A stretch of DNA of 64,000 nt from Chthonomonadaceae bacterium (GTDB lineage Bacteria > Armatimonadota > Chthonomonadetes > Chthonomonadales > Chthonomonadaceae). The translations under genes and the position numbers were made by a program. The stretch spans positions 1 to 64,000 of the forward strand of contig DASRGZ010000059.1 of NCBI GenBank assembly GCA_035650735.1, in the 5' to 3' direction. Positions 29,147-40,012 of the stretch are shown here, piece after piece (within the stretch, counting starts at the first letter, position 1; the number at the start of each line of letters is the position of its first letter). Under the pieces are notes generated by a model. That model was not told where the DNA came from. It saw nothing but the letters and a program-made list of their open reading frames with translations, and searched no databases.

Positions 29147-30067
29147 TTATCCTGTGCCGGCGTAGATGTCCATGATCTGGCCGAGCAGGCGCAGGGCATC
29201 CTGTTTAGGACGCTGGAAGGAGTTACGCCCGATAATCGAGCCAAAGCCGCCGCCCTCCTTAATCGCGCGCACCTCGTTTAAGATCGCATCGTCGGAGGCG
29301 GTCGGCCCGCCGGAAAAGATGACGATGCGCCGCCCGTTAAAGGCGCATTGCACTACATGACGTACCCGTTCCGCCAGCGTCGCGATCGGAATATGCTGAT
29401 CTTGGATGACCTTGCGCGCCGCCTCCTGCGCGACATGCTCGGTGGGCAGCTTCACCTTGATAATATGCGCGCCCAGCTGCGCGGCAATGTGGGCCGCATA
29501 GCCTACGACGTCAATGGCTGTCTCATCCTCCTCGCGCAAGCTGGAACCACGCGGGTAGGACCAAATGACTACTGCCAGCCCGCACCGCTTGGCCTCATCC
29601 GCGTAGGCCCGTATCTGCTCGTACATCTCGTAGCGGTGGATGGAGCCGGGATAGATGGTGAACCCGATGGCCACGCAACCCAGCCGGAGTGCATCCTCCA
29701 CGCTGCCCGTCAACGCCTGGGTCGGGTCGCGCTCGTCATGCAGGACATCGCGGTCGTTGACCTTGAGAATCAGCGGAATGTCGCCGGCAAACTCACGCGC
29801 GCCCGCCTCCAGAAAGCCCAGCGGCGCGGCGTAGGCGTTGCAGCCCGCCTCAAGGGCCAGCTCAAAATGATAGCGCGGATCGTAGGCCGGAGGGTTCGGG
29901 CCGAAGCTGCGCACCGGGCCATGCTCAAAGCCCTGGTCCACCGGCAGGATGACCATTTTGCCGGTGCCGGAGAGCCGGCCGTGGTTGAGCAGGCGGGCCA
30001 GGCTCGTCAGCGTGCCGGGATTATCGCTGCCGTACCAGCTCAATATCTCACGCACACGTTCTGTCAT
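29147..30067 (-). CDS. fbaB: Class I fructose-bisphosphate aldolase (DhnA type)
   Basis: ILPVDQGFEHGP, FTIYPGS, WSYPRG, AHIIKVK, GSIIGRNSFQRP. Confidence 0.93.
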   Translation of the reverse strand: MTERVREILSWYGSDNPGTLTSLARLLNHGRLSGTGKMVILPVDQGFEHGPVRSFGPNPPAYDPRYHFELALEAGCNAYAAPLGFLEAGAREFAGDIPLILKVNDRDVLHDERDPTQALTGSVEDALRLGCVAIGFTIYPGSIHRYEMYEQIRAYADEAKRCGLAVVIWSYPRGSSLREEDETAIDVVGYAAHIAAQLGAHIIKVKLPTEHVAQEAARKVIQDQHIPIATLAERVRHVVQCAFNGRRIVIFSGGPTASDDAILNEVRAIKEGGGFGSIIGRNSFQRPKQDALRLLGQIMDIYAGTG

Positions 30068-30386
30068 AATGCCTCCTCAACGGCCATAGCCGGATGCCCC
30101 GCTCTGGGCCGAAGCAGGCGCATCCCGGCTAGAGCCAATACCATGAGCGCACAAGCCAATGTCAGAAGCACAAGAGTCTTTTATGCTCTTTTGGTTATCT
30201 ATACGCTGTATGCCGGGCGCTTACGTCACGCGGGCCAGAATTTGGCAAACTCGGAGAACTTCCCGGCGCTTGCAGAACGCCCGCTCTGCCCCGGCAGGCT
30301 CCTTGCCTGTCCCTTTTGCCAGGCAGAAAACGCATCGGGCTACTGCCGGTGCTCGGATTTTTTTGCGCTTTTTTTCACGATCACCC

Positions 30387-30415
30387 TAGAGATAACCTGG
30401 TATTCGTGCTATAAT
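30387..30415 (+). promoter_or_regulatory. Probable promoter of the NlpC/P60 gene
   Basis: TAGAGA-17 bp-TATAAT with extended -10 TG. Confidence 0.5.
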
Positions 30416-30500
30416 CCTCTGTTACCTTTGGTAAGCACCAGACCTTTCTCGTTTTCGCTCCGGATGGTGGAGACCTGAAAAGGCGAGCTAAAGAAAGGAA

Positions 30501-31220
30501 GTGATGTTATTGAAGTGGACGCCACTTCAGGCTGCGGCCGGTGCCGCAGCGATCTCCCTGGTGGCTCTAGTGCAAATTCGCGTTAGCGCCGACCAATCTT
30601 CCCCCCAATCGGTTCCTCCCGCAGAGCGAGGCGCGGTGTCTTCCCCGACGAAGCCCTCTTCATCCTCCGCTCCCAAGGCCATAACAAAAACGAATTCAGC
30701 CCTTGATCGTCACGCCACGCGCGGGCAATACCTGGCGCGTACAGCGCTCTCCTATCGCGGCGTGCCGTATCGCTGGGGCGGGCGCTCGCCCCGTACCGGT
30801 TTTGACTGCTCGGGGCTAGTACAGAGCGTCTACGCCAAGTGGGGCCTGTATCTGCCGCGCGTCGCCAGCGCCCAGATCAAGAAAGGCGTGCCGGTCAAGC
30901 CGGATAAGCTGCTGCCCGGCGATCTGGTGTTCTTCAAGAACACCTACAAGCGCGGCATCTCGCATGTCGGCATCTACATCGGCAACAACTATTTCATCCA
31001 TGCTGCCGGGCGCGGCAAGGGGGTCTGTGTGAGCCGATTGGCGGGCTACCACAAAAGACACTGGGCCGGCGCGCGCCGCCTGAACCTGTCGAAGCTGCCG
31101 CCCGTACCGGGCGAGGAGACCCCGCCCACGCGCATCATCCTCCAGGAAACCCCGGATGCCCCGGCGCAGTCCATTGATATGCCGGCGCCCCAACAACCAA
31201 ACGCAAATCCAGCCCGTTGA
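30501..31220 (+). CDS. NlpC/P60 (C40) cell-wall peptidase
   Basis: GVPYRWGG, GFDCSGLV, PGDLVFF, HVGIY, FIHA; N-terminal hydrophobic segment. Confidence 0.93.
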   Translation: MMLLKWTPLQAAAGAAAISLVALVQIRVSADQSSPQSVPPAERGAVSSPTKPSSSSAPKAITKTNSALDRHATRGQYLARTALSYRGVPYRWGGRSPRTGFDCSGLVQSVYAKWGLYLPRVASAQIKKGVPVKPDKLLPGDLVFFKNTYKRGISHVGIYIGNNYFIHAAGRGKGVCVSRLAGYHKRHWAGARRLNLSKLPPVPGEETPPTRIILQETPDAPAQSIDMPAPQQPNANPAR

Positions 31221-31302
31221 TCGAAGGCAAGCAAGCGACATGCAAGAGGGAGAGGCAATTGCCTCTCCCCTCCGCGTTTTACCGGGTTCCCTGCCCTGGC
31301 CA

Positions 31303-32004
31303 CTATTGGTGGAGCGTGAAGTTGCCGGTATCGTCGGCGCCGGAATAGGTGCCGCTCATCTGGGTGCCGTTAACCGTAGCGGTATAGCTGAACTGCGCTC
31401 CCCCACCTGAAGCCACGCCATAGGTAATTTTGTTGCCGATGATCGTTCCGGTAACGGTGCCGTTGACGGTCTGCCCGGCAACGACCGCGGAACCGTTTCC
31501 GGTCAGCGCATTTCCGTTCTGCGTAAAGTTGACGCTTAACGCCCCTGTGCCCCCGCCCGCGGTGGAAGTGTAGCTTCCAGTCCATGCGCCCGCTACGTTC
31601 GCCGTCGTTACGGGGGATTTCGCGAGGGACAAGTTTCCGTGCTCGGCGCCCAGGTCATACGTGCCGGTCAAAGTCGTGCCGTTCAGGTCGCCGGTATAAG
31701 AAAAGTTCTGTCCGTTAAAGGTGGTCGTTACCGTTAAATGGTTGTTGGCATCCAACGTGCCGGTAAGCGTGCCTGTGAACGGCTGATTGCCGCTGGTAAG
31801 CCGTCCGGTTCCCGTGACGTTGGTTCCGTCTTGATGGAATTCTATTTCGATTGTGTCGCCGGCAACTCGGCCCAAAGTGCCTGTCCAGACGCCACTTAGA
31901 CCCGGCGCTGGGTTCTGGGTAGTTTCCTCGCCTCCCCCGCACCCAGGAAAGGCCAAAGCAATCAACATGCAGACAACCGATGCAATTCCCCATTGACGAT
32001 GCAT
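31303..32004 (-). CDS. Lipoprotein with two tandem Gly/Thr-rich beta domains
   Basis: Signal ending FPGC-GGG; duplicated (L/V)xGxWTG...F(H/T)Q(D/N)G...TG unit. Confidence 0.75.
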   Translation of the reverse strand: MHRQWGIASVVCMLIALAFPGCGGGEETTQNPAPGLSGVWTGTLGRVAGDTIEIEFHQDGTNVTGTGRLTSGNQPFTGTLTGTLDANNHLTVTTTFNGQNFSYTGDLNGTTLTGTYDLGAEHGNLSLAKSPVTTANVAGAWTGSYTSTAGGGTGALSVNFTQNGNALTGNGSAVVAGQTVNGTVTGTIIGNKITYGVASGGGAQFSYTATVNGTQMSGTYSGADDTGNFTLHQ

Positions 32005-32017
32005 CTTGTTCTCCTTT

Positions 32018-32731
32018 TCAAGATTTGCCGCTTACTTTGCGGCGCCGGCAATGCAGGCCCACACCGAATGCTCCGGTTCCAACGAGCAGGGCCAGGCTGC
32101 CCGGCTCGGGAACCGCCGTGAAGCGAATATTATCCACGGCCACATAATCTCCTTCCCATCCTGGCGTGACCACAATCGCGCCGATGAAATCGTCCTTGTT
32201 GGGCGTGATGGATACCGTTTCTATGTCCCCCGTGCTCACTACGCCGGCCGCTTTCATGAACTGGCCGTAGGGATTGTAGGCGTAGAGGCTGGAGAACCCA
32301 TCGGTGTCGCCAATGAAGTCCAGGGAAAAATCGGTGACCGGCTTGTCGAACTTGATCTCAAAATTAGCGTCTCCATACTCGCTCAGCCAGCCAAAGCCCT
32401 GATAGACCAGGCCGTAGGCGTGCAGCACGTTGCCCAGCCTGGGGTCGTAGCCGTCTCCGGTATCTATGGAGGTCGCCGTCATGTCGGTATTGAAGGCGAA
32501 AAAGTAGCCGGAGACCGTATTGGGCTCAAAAACAAACGGGTCCGGGATAAAGTGCGCTCCAAACCCGGCATACTGCTCATCAATGAAGGTGCCTTCCGCA
32601 ATGGGATTGCCGTCGGCATCGGTATCGAAGTTCATCAGGAAGGAGCGCTGGGCGCTGGCGGCGGCGCAAAGGCAGAGCAGGCCGCAGAGGCCAAGCAGCA
32701 GAGTGAGCTTGCTCCACAATCGAAGGCGCAT
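32018..32731 (-). CDS. PEP-CTERM sorting-signal protein
   Basis: Signal peptide; C-terminal AVPEPGSLALL + TM + RRRK. Confidence 0.9.
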   Translation of the reverse strand: MRLRLWSKLTLLLGLCGLLCLCAAASAQRSFLMNFDTDADGNPIAEGTFIDEQYAGFGAHFIPDPFVFEPNTVSGYFFAFNTDMTATSIDTGDGYDPRLGNVLHAYGLVYQGFGWLSEYGDANFEIKFDKPVTDFSLDFIGDTDGFSSLYAYNPYGQFMKAAGVVSTGDIETVSITPNKDDFIGAIVVTPGWEGDYVAVDNIRFTAVPEPGSLALLVGTGAFGVGLHCRRRKVSGKS

Positions 32732-32881
32732 GGAAACCATCCTTATGCGTAAAGTCCGGCGGCGAAGGCGGTTAAAGTCCCTAACACAACGTGGCTGTGA
32801 GGCTCTCCCCTCACCCCGGCTCTCTCCCTGCAAGGGAGAACGGTTGTGTTAGACGCTCTTAGTTCTTCGCCGCCGGCGCCC

Positions 32882-34840
32882 CTAGAAGCCGTGGACGCGA
32901 CTGCGGTCGGCCCGGTGCGCCTTCCAGGTATCCGTGAACTTGGACCCATGCTGCTGGAATATCCGCATGAGCGTGGTCAATGGCGGACGGCGTGGGCCTA
33001 CAGGCAGCGAGGGAAACGGCTTGACGATAATGCCAAGCGCCTCGGCCGCAGAGCGCACGGCATCATAGGCCCGCTTGGCGCTAAAGGCAGCCGCCGCGTA
33101 GTCCATGTTCTCATAGGAGGCCACGGCATCGGCGGCGTAGGTATCGGCCTGGAGCAGTGTGGCGCTGACCTGCCCGGCATGGGGATTGGCATAGATCGGA
33201 ACCAAAATGTTGTTGGCCTGGTTGATATAGGTGGTAGTCATGTACCGGTTCATGTTATCCCGGTCAAACTGGCTGAAGCCCAGGCTCAGGTCCATGTAGT
33301 TCATGATGGTATCCGACTCATCGCCCGATTGAGCAAACCAGAAAAAGCCGTCCGGACCGTAATCAAAATCAAACACCCAGTCGTAGCCGTCATGCGGATG
33401 CGACAGGCCCAGATGGTGTCCCACCTCATGAATCATGTCCGTGGTGAAGCCGTAGCCCGCACTACGAGCATCAGGCCAATCGAACCCGAAGGAGAACGTC
33501 TGGGTCCCATTGATCAGATTATCCACGGAGATGCCCAGCAGAAAGCTGGCGGCATCATCGGTGGCGTTGTATTCTACGGTCACCAGCTCATAATCGCCCC
33601 GGCCCGTGAGGAAAGAACGCCGCAGATCGTTGTGGAAGCGGAACAGGTCATCCTCGGTGACGAAGCCATAGACCATAGAGGCAAAGCCGGTATAAAAGGC
33701 GATCTCGCGGCGCATGTTGGGCGAATCGCGCAGCAGCGTTCCAAAAGAATTATAGGGCTGGAGCCTGCGCCATGCATCGGCCATCAGTAAGGGCTTGAAG
33801 AACTGTTTGCCGTCGGTCGTCGGGTCATATTGAACCACGTTGAGATCGACCAGAATTTTGGTCGGCAGCCTGGGAGGCGATAGGGCCGGATCATAGAGCG
33901 GCGAGGTCGTGAAGAGCAGATTAATAGCCACAAAGCGGGCGATCAGCCCTAAATCGAAGGAGACCGAATCGAAGGGCCGGTAGGTGGGCAGAGGATTGCC
34001 ATACTCCCAGATCGGCGGCATCCGATAGAGGGTATCGAATGGGTCGAAATCCGAGGGATCGAAGGGGTTGAGGTCGTCCACGTCCCAGTTCTCGGTCCAG
34101 GCTTCCGGGCCTGCGGAGAGATCGTAGAACCAGATGCGCTGCAGCGAGCCCACGTCCTCGGAGGGAAAGCCGCCATAGGCTATCATCTTGCGCGCGTCTT
34201 CAACAACGCCGCGAGGGTAGCCGGTGTCCGGGTCAACGAAGCTAGATTTGACGTAGACGTGCGGTTGGAAATCCGGGCGGGAATACCAGTTGATAAAGAA
34301 AATCGTGTAGCTGCGCGTATCTATGCCTAGGCGCGCCGGCGCGTTGTCGGCCAGCCACTTCTCCACGCTTAAGGCTTCAATCCAGAGGTTGCTGGTCGGC
34401 GTGTCCGGCAGCAGGATCGCGTTGTTGAAGTTATAGTAGTTGTATAAGAGTTGGTAGAGGGTGAGCGGTTTGGGCGTGCCGATGGCGGATAGATAGGCAA
34501 AGAAATCGTCCTCAAAGCTCTGGTCGGCGTAGACGACGTTGTAGTCGAAGTGAAAAGAGTTGCCCACAAACTGGCGGATGCCGAGGAAATTGCGGAAGCG
34601 GACCAGATCCCGGTATTCCTGGGGCAAAATGCTGCGTAATCGCCCTTCATCAATCTCCTGGGGTCCGGTGCCCTGCCGGTAGCCCACAAAGACAAGATTG
34701 ATAGTCAGGTTTTGCCGGAGATCCAGAAAGTCGCCTGGCTGCAGCGTGCTCAACGGCGGTCCTGGTTGCGTCCATGCCGCTGGCATCAGGAGGCACAAAA
34801 GCGCGAACAGACCGCAGAGAGTGGTGAGGATTCGTTTCAT
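32882..34840 (-). CDS. Secreted zinc metalloprotease (metzincin-like)
   Basis: Signal peptide MKRILTTLCG...; HEVGHHLGLSH (HExxHxxGxxH) and Met-turn TIMNY. Confidence 0.82.
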   Translation of the reverse strand: MKRILTTLCGLFALLCLLMPAAWTQPGPPLSTLQPGDFLDLRQNLTINLVFVGYRQGTGPQEIDEGRLRSILPQEYRDLVRFRNFLGIRQFVGNSFHFDYNVVYADQSFEDDFFAYLSAIGTPKPLTLYQLLYNYYNFNNAILLPDTPTSNLWIEALSVEKWLADNAPARLGIDTRSYTIFFINWYSRPDFQPHVYVKSSFVDPDTGYPRGVVEDARKMIAYGGFPSEDVGSLQRIWFYDLSAGPEAWTENWDVDDLNPFDPSDFDPFDTLYRMPPIWEYGNPLPTYRPFDSVSFDLGLIARFVAINLLFTTSPLYDPALSPPRLPTKILVDLNVVQYDPTTDGKQFFKPLLMADAWRRLQPYNSFGTLLRDSPNMRREIAFYTGFASMVYGFVTEDDLFRFHNDLRRSFLTGRGDYELVTVEYNATDDAASFLLGISVDNLINGTQTFSFGFDWPDARSAGYGFTTDMIHEVGHHLGLSHPHDGYDWVFDFDYGPDGFFWFAQSGDESDTIMNYMDLSLGFSQFDRDNMNRYMTTTYINQANNILVPIYANPHAGQVSATLLQADTYAADAVASYENMDYAAAAFSAKRAYDAVRSAAEALGIIVKPFPSLPVGPRRPPLTTLMRIFQQHGSKFTDTWKAHRADRSRVHGF

Positions 34841-35200
34841 ACTGCTGCCCTCCCGACTGTGCGTCCAAGCTGCTGGAGCGCACCCGATCCTGTGATGAGG
34901 TTGCTGGGTTCTGCTAGCAAATGCAGCCCTGGCGCTCCAGGTATCCTGCCAGGCCGCGAGATGAGGCGGGGGCATCGAGGCGCTCAAAAGCGTGGGTCTC
35001 CCTCCTGGGTGTTGCTGAGGGTGCTAGAGTATAGCGTGGGCGGAGACGAAGTATTGCGTTCAGAAAGTTAGCTTACATTCAGCCCTGCTCAGCCTCAAAA
35101 AGGCTCAATGGACATCCTTTTCTGGTCACAATCGAACGATACCCCTGTCAGAGTTACGAGGCTGCAAGAACTGTGCCAAAATGGATGAGGAGAAACAGCG

Positions 35201-35713
35201 ATGTCCTTTATCATTCGGGAAGCGGTCGCTTCCGACATACCCGCTCTGGCCCGTCTGCACGTCGAGACCTGGAAGGCAACCTATCCGCATGTGCCCAATC
35301 CCCCGACTTACGCGATCCGTGAGCGGCAGTGGCGCGAGGCGTTTGCGGTAACCGACGGAAGCTGGTTCTGCTTCGTCGTCGAAGAGCGCGACGGCCAGCT
35401 GATAGGATTTGCCAAAGGGGTGCCCTATGCTCACTCTGATCTTCCCGAGTTTTCGGGCGAGTTGAGCAAGATCTATCTCCTGGGGGAATACCAGCGCCAG
35501 GGCCTGGGGCGTCGCCTGGTCGGTCACGTCGTCCGCCGATTTCTGCGCCAGGGCATCACCTCCATGGTGTTGTTCGCCGATCCGGGCAATCCCTCCTGTG
35601 CCTTTTATGAAGCGTTGGGGGCTGAAAGGCTGCTCGACAAGGCAGGCAATTTCCGCGGTGGTTACGGCTGGCGCGACCTGCGGCGGCTCGCCTCCCTTTG
35701 CCCTGACGAATGA
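35201..35713 (+). CDS. GNAT acetyltransferase
   Basis: IYLLGEYQRQGLGRRL, N...FYEALG. Confidence 0.88.
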   Translation: MSFIIREAVASDIPALARLHVETWKATYPHVPNPPTYAIRERQWREAFAVTDGSWFCFVVEERDGQLIGFAKGVPYAHSDLPEFSGELSKIYLLGEYQRQGLGRRLVGHVVRRFLRQGITSMVLFADPGNPSCAFYEALGAERLLDKAGNFRGGYGWRDLRRLASLCPDE

Positions 35714-35789
35714 GAAGCCGTAGATTATCGGACAGCAGGAGCATGGTCGGGGAATGTTGTAAGGCAGAGTCTCCTGTCAGGCAAGCGCC

Positions 35790-36731
35790 TCAGGGTCCTA
35801 CTGCGCGCTCCAGTGTGGGCAGCAGCTCGGAGAGCCTCCGGTATTCCCCGGGCATCCAATCCGCCGCCTCCGGGTCCCGGCCCCACCAGGCGATACATTC
35901 CAGGCACAAGAGCAGGCGGTAGAAGTCAACCTTCAGCCGGTGCTGCTCGCTCAGGGGAGAGATACTCGCATAGCCCGCATAGAACGGCGCGACGCTCCCG
36001 GCACACTCCGCCAGGGTCTCGTCAATCCGGCAGTCGAAGGCGGGATCGCCCGACATGGCCCACTCGAAGTCTATAATCCCGGTGATCTTGCCCTCCTGCT
36101 GGAGAAGGTTTTCAAAGTGGTAGTCCCGGTGCAGCAGGCAGCCGGTCGTCACCGCGCCCAGCAGCGGTTGGAACCCCACGAGAAGCTGTTCTATCCGCGC
36201 GGTTGTTGCCGTGTCAAGAAGGTTCTCATTGCGCGCCTGGCGGACGTGTCGGGCGGTATAATCCTCCAGATAAGCCCTCCACGTAGGAAAGCCGCCTTCC
36301 GCCAGTTGGCTCAGGCCCCCAAAAGCAGGCAGCGTGTGCTGGTGCAGCAGAGCCTGGTAACGCCCGGCCTCGAAGGCAAGATGCTCACGCGTTCTACTAT
36401 CCAGACCGCTCCAACTGTCGTAAACGGTCTCCCCCGGCAGGCGCGTCGTGACCAGGAAGGCATACGGAACCAGCGTCTGGGATTCATCGAGCACGAGGAC
36501 TTCCGGGACCGGCAAGGCGCTGCCGCGAAGCAGGTCGTAGGCGATCTTCTCGGTGCGGAATTTGTGGTGGGGCAGTTCCGTTACCTGGAAGCGCACGACC
36601 CGATCCTCATTGACGAGAAAGCAGGCGTTGCTGCAACCGCGCTGAGGAACGGTAATCGTCCGCACCGTGCCCAGCCCAAATGCCTGCCAGATGGCTGCAA
36701 TGTGTCCGCTTGTAATAGGCTCTGCATTCAT
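35790..36731 (-). CDS. Aminoglycoside phosphotransferase (APH/choline kinase) family protein
   Basis: LPVPEVL, LLHRDYHFENLL, IIDFEWA. Confidence 0.88.
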   Translation of the reverse strand: MNAEPITSGHIAAIWQAFGLGTVRTITVPQRGCSNACFLVNEDRVVRFQVTELPHHKFRTEKIAYDLLRGSALPVPEVLVLDESQTLVPYAFLVTTRLPGETVYDSWSGLDSRTREHLAFEAGRYQALLHQHTLPAFGGLSQLAEGGFPTWRAYLEDYTARHVRQARNENLLDTATTARIEQLLVGFQPLLGAVTTGCLLHRDYHFENLLQQEGKITGIIDFEWAMSGDPAFDCRIDETLAECAGSVAPFYAGYASISPLSEQHRLKVDFYRLLLCLECIAWWGRDPEAADWMPGEYRRLSELLPTLERAVGP

Positions 36732-36832
36732 GCTATGAAGCTCGCTCGTGCCCTCCGACCGACGAACGCCCCGCCTTGCAGCAAGGCAATAATCTCCTCG
36801 GTCGTTCCTTCTATCACCTGGGGCTGTGTCAT
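36728..36832 (-). CDS. 34-aa ORF or remnant of an 'EGTxEEI...GRR' small-protein family
   Basis: GGAGG RBS; MTQPQVIEGTTEEIIALLQGGAFVGRRARASFIA*; stop overlaps the APH ATG; related to 55319. Confidence 0.5.
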   Translation of the reverse strand: MTQPQVIEGTTEEIIALLQGGAFVGRRARASFIA

Positions 36833-37032
36833 ATTCTTTCCTCCGGGTTCGGTTTCTCCCATTATAATATGAGCGGACAATCCGTGAGGGGAATCGGTGA
36901 CGGTCAAGCGGGCGCTGCGGCCTGGTGCTTCTCGTCTCTCCAGGCATTCTAGAGGCTCGCTTTCCGGCTTGTCTTCCCTTGCTTGAGTGAGGTAATATCC
37001 CACTCGAGGGAAAATCGCCGGAGGTCTTCCCC

Positions 37033-37791
37033 ATGACTGCGCTCGAACTCCAACTCATTTATGCCTTCGATGTCCACTCGGTCGAGGAAGTGCGCGCCGT
37101 CCTCGACGCCGGACTCGATCCCCGTCTGCCCATTGAGGGCAAGACACCCATTAACCGGTTGACCGAAGCCTACCTCAGATCGGATCGGTTTCCAGAGTGT
37201 CTGCGCTTACTGCTGGATCGCGGAGCGGTTCTGGATGACCCGATACTCTTGCCGGTGCTGCTCAACGACGCGGGCGGGCTGGCGGCGGCCCTGGATGCCG
37301 ATCCTTGCCTGCTCGAACACCGGACAACGATGATTTCGTCCTTCACCCCCCTGATCGGGGCGACGCTGCTGCACGTGGCCGCCGAGTATGGCCATTTGAA
37401 CGCAGCCCGTGTCCTCGTTGAGAAGGGAGCCGACGTGAACGCAACGGCAGCTAGAGACGAGTACGGTCTCAATGGTCACACGCCTCTGTTCCATACCGTC
37501 AACTCCCATGATAACCGCTCTGAGCCGATCATGCGCCTGCTGCTGGAAGCCGGAGCGAAGGCGGATGTACGTCTTGCGGGCCTGGTGTGGGGTCAGGGGT
37601 ACGACTGGGAGACGACCTTCTTTGACGTGACGCCGATCTCCTACTGCCAGTGTGGGCTGCTGCCCCAGGTACATCGTCGCGAACAGGATATTTATGCCAA
37701 CATTGGGCGGTTGCTCGAAGCGGCAGGACGGACTATGCCGCCCCTGGAGAATGTCCCAAATCGTTATCTGCAACCAAAGGCGAAACATTAG
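37033..37791 (+). CDS. Ankyrin-repeat protein
   Basis: GATLLHVAAEYGHLNAARVLVEKGADVNA; GHTPLFH. Confidence 0.88.
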   Translation: MTALELQLIYAFDVHSVEEVRAVLDAGLDPRLPIEGKTPINRLTEAYLRSDRFPECLRLLLDRGAVLDDPILLPVLLNDAGGLAAALDADPCLLEHRTTMISSFTPLIGATLLHVAAEYGHLNAARVLVEKGADVNATAARDEYGLNGHTPLFHTVNSHDNRSEPIMRLLLEAGAKADVRLAGLVWGQGYDWETTFFDVTPISYCQCGLLPQVHRREQDIYANIGRLLEAAGRTMPPLENVPNRYLQPKAKH

Positions 37792-38160
37792 CGGACGGCA
37801 TCGCCTGGCAGCGTTCGTCTTTAGATATAGTCTCCGAAAAGAACAGACCTCCGCCCAATCCGGCAATCGAACGTTTTTGACACCCAAAACGGTCCTTTTC
37901 AATTACGGCAGGCTGGCCTGATCTATTGAGCATTTTAGACTGCCTTCTCAATAATAGGTCTTTGGTCCCATGCGACTGCCTTAGGTCTCGGTTATAATGG
38001 AAACAATCTCCCGTCCAACGCCCTCGGGAATGATTGCTCATATAGCCGGCTTTGTCCCATTCCGGCCTACGGATGACGGTAACTTGGACGGTAACGGCAG
38101 GAAGATAGCGTTCGGCTTATTCTGCTCGGGCAGAACTCCGGAAAGGCAAGGTTTACCAGA

Positions 38161-39309
38161 ATGTACCGATTCTCTCTTTTCGTACTCGCCGCCACAGCCT
38201 TTATAGGCATCGGACGCGTGTGTGGCGCCCAGGCGTCCAAAGGCGTAGATTATTCCAGGCTGCAAGCCTATCGGACGCTGCAACATCCACGCAGCCTCGA
38301 ACCAGAGGTTCCAGGTTCGTACGCAAATGTCGAAGCCCTCGCCTTCTCCCCGGACGGGAAACTTCTCGCAAGCGGCGCTATGGACGTGCATAACGTGGTG
38401 CGGCTGTGGGAGGTTGCCACAGGCAAGATGGTCGCCGCCTTCCCCGTGGAGACAACGCCGGAAGGCAGTATTGTCTATGAGGTCCTCTTCTCCCCGAACG
38501 GGAAGACCCTGGCCGTTGTCAGCCAGAGTGGAGGGAGAATACCTGCCGATACGATTCTGTTGTGGAACGTGCGAACCCGGCAGTTACAGCGGAGATGGAC
38601 GGGGCAGCCAGGGACGGCCCTGTGGCTCGGCTTCACGCGCGACGGACGCGCCCTGGCGAGTGAAGCTCCTAGCATCTCCTCAGGAAGCGCGGCCAAGCCG
38701 GAGGGTTGGGTGAACGTGTGGGATGTGCAGGCCCAAAAGCGGTTGCAACAGATCAAAACGGCGGACCCGTTTCCGCCGGTGGCCTTCTCTCCGGATGGCA
38801 GTCTGCTGGCTATCCTCAGCGCTCCCCCGCTCAAGCTTCCCCTCCATGAAGTCAAGGAAGCTGTAGAGTTGTGGATGATTGCCCAGGGGAACCGCTTAGT
38901 AACGCTGCCGATGCAAGGCGATATTGCCCCGGTAATCGTCTTTGCTTCCGACGGAAAGCGCCTGGCGTGCCGGAGCACGATCTTTGGAAGTGCGCGTCCT
39001 GGAGAACCAGCTTCTCCGCTGCGGAGTGAAGTGCAGTTATGGGACATCGCCACGGGCAAACCGGTGCAAACGCTAATAGCGGCGCATACAACAGAGTTTA
39101 GCGCGGCCTGTTTCTGTCCGAACGGGCGCGCGTTTGTGACCGGCGGTCAGGACGGCACCGTAATCCTCTGGGATGTGCAAACGGCGGCGCAATCACGAGT
39201 GCTGACCCAACACCGCCAGCGGGTTACCTCGCTGACGTTCTCTGCCGACGGCCACCTGCTTGCCAGCGGCAGCGAGGACGGCAAGATTCAGCTCTGGCGG
39301 ATGCCCTAA
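38161..39309 (+). CDS. Secreted WD40-repeat protein
   Basis: Signal peptide; repeated AFSPDG..LASG...LW(D/E)V blades. Confidence 0.9.
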   Translation: MYRFSLFVLAATAFIGIGRVCGAQASKGVDYSRLQAYRTLQHPRSLEPEVPGSYANVEALAFSPDGKLLASGAMDVHNVVRLWEVATGKMVAAFPVETTPEGSIVYEVLFSPNGKTLAVVSQSGGRIPADTILLWNVRTRQLQRRWTGQPGTALWLGFTRDGRALASEAPSISSGSAAKPEGWVNVWDVQAQKRLQQIKTADPFPPVAFSPDGSLLAILSAPPLKLPLHEVKEAVELWMIAQGNRLVTLPMQGDIAPVIVFASDGKRLACRSTIFGSARPGEPASPLRSEVQLWDIATGKPVQTLIAAHTTEFSAACFCPNGRAFVTGGQDGTVILWDVQTAAQSRVLTQHRQRVTSLTFSADGHLLASGSEDGKIQLWRMP

Positions 39310-39457
39310 CAGTTATTGAGTAGGCGATTTCCGTTTTTAACGAACGAGCGTCCAACCCAGGGATCGAAGGTTTTTTCGACGGCCACAAATGCAAGCAAGC
39401 CATCAGCGGCTTCCTATCCTTACTCGTGAAGGTAGAAAGACTGCCTTCTCCGCTGTT

Positions 39458-40012
39458 CTAACACAGGTCGGCAGTCTTTTCTGTGAGGGACGGGTTTCGG
39501 AGCTCATAGTCATGATACGTATTCCCGCCGCCCTCCCCGGTATAAACCCAGACCATGCCGATCTTCTGGAGCACCCGGTTGGAAGCTACATTCAAGACAT
39601 TAGCGCCCGCAACAATCCGAGACAGGCCCAGTTCCTTGAACCCGTAATTGAGGAAGGCGCGGGCTGCCTCCGTTGCCAACCCACGCCCCCAATACGGACG
39701 CGCCAGATAATAGGCAAGAACACCCTCTCCTGGGATCACTGCGTTATCGTCGTTTCGGGGCGGATAGAGGCCGCACCGACCAATGTAACGGCCCTCTGGC
39801 TTATAGACCGTTGCCAGCAACGTCATCGGTCTGGGTGCAAGGGTACCATTACTCAGAATATGACGGAAGGACTTTTCTGCCTCCTCGCGCGATAGCGGCA
39901 GCCCCCCGCAAAGGCTGCGAAACTCAGGATCAGCCATCATCTCAGAATAGGCGTCCAGATCGCCCTCCTCATGATAACGAAAGAGTAGCCTCTCGGTTTC
40001 CAGAATGCTCAT
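39458..40012 (-). CDS. GNAT acetyltransferase (RimJ/RimL type)
   Basis: ILETERL, YWGRGLATEAA, NVASNRVLQKIGM. Confidence 0.9.
   Translation of the reverse strand: MSILETERLLFRYHEEGDLDAYSEMMADPEFRSLCGGLPLSREEAEKSFRHILSNGTLAPRPMTLLATVYKPEGRYIGRCGLYPPRNDDNAVIPGEGVLAYYLARPYWGRGLATEAARAFLNYGFKELGLSRIVAGANVLNVASNRVLQKIGMVWVYTGEGGGNTYHDYELRNPSLTEKTADLC

Noticed and set aside
39300..39460. Integron attC site after the WD40 gene (CCCTAAC at the stop)
   Set aside because: No matching GTTRRRY box with complementary arms, flanking genes are in mixed orientation, and there is no integrase.
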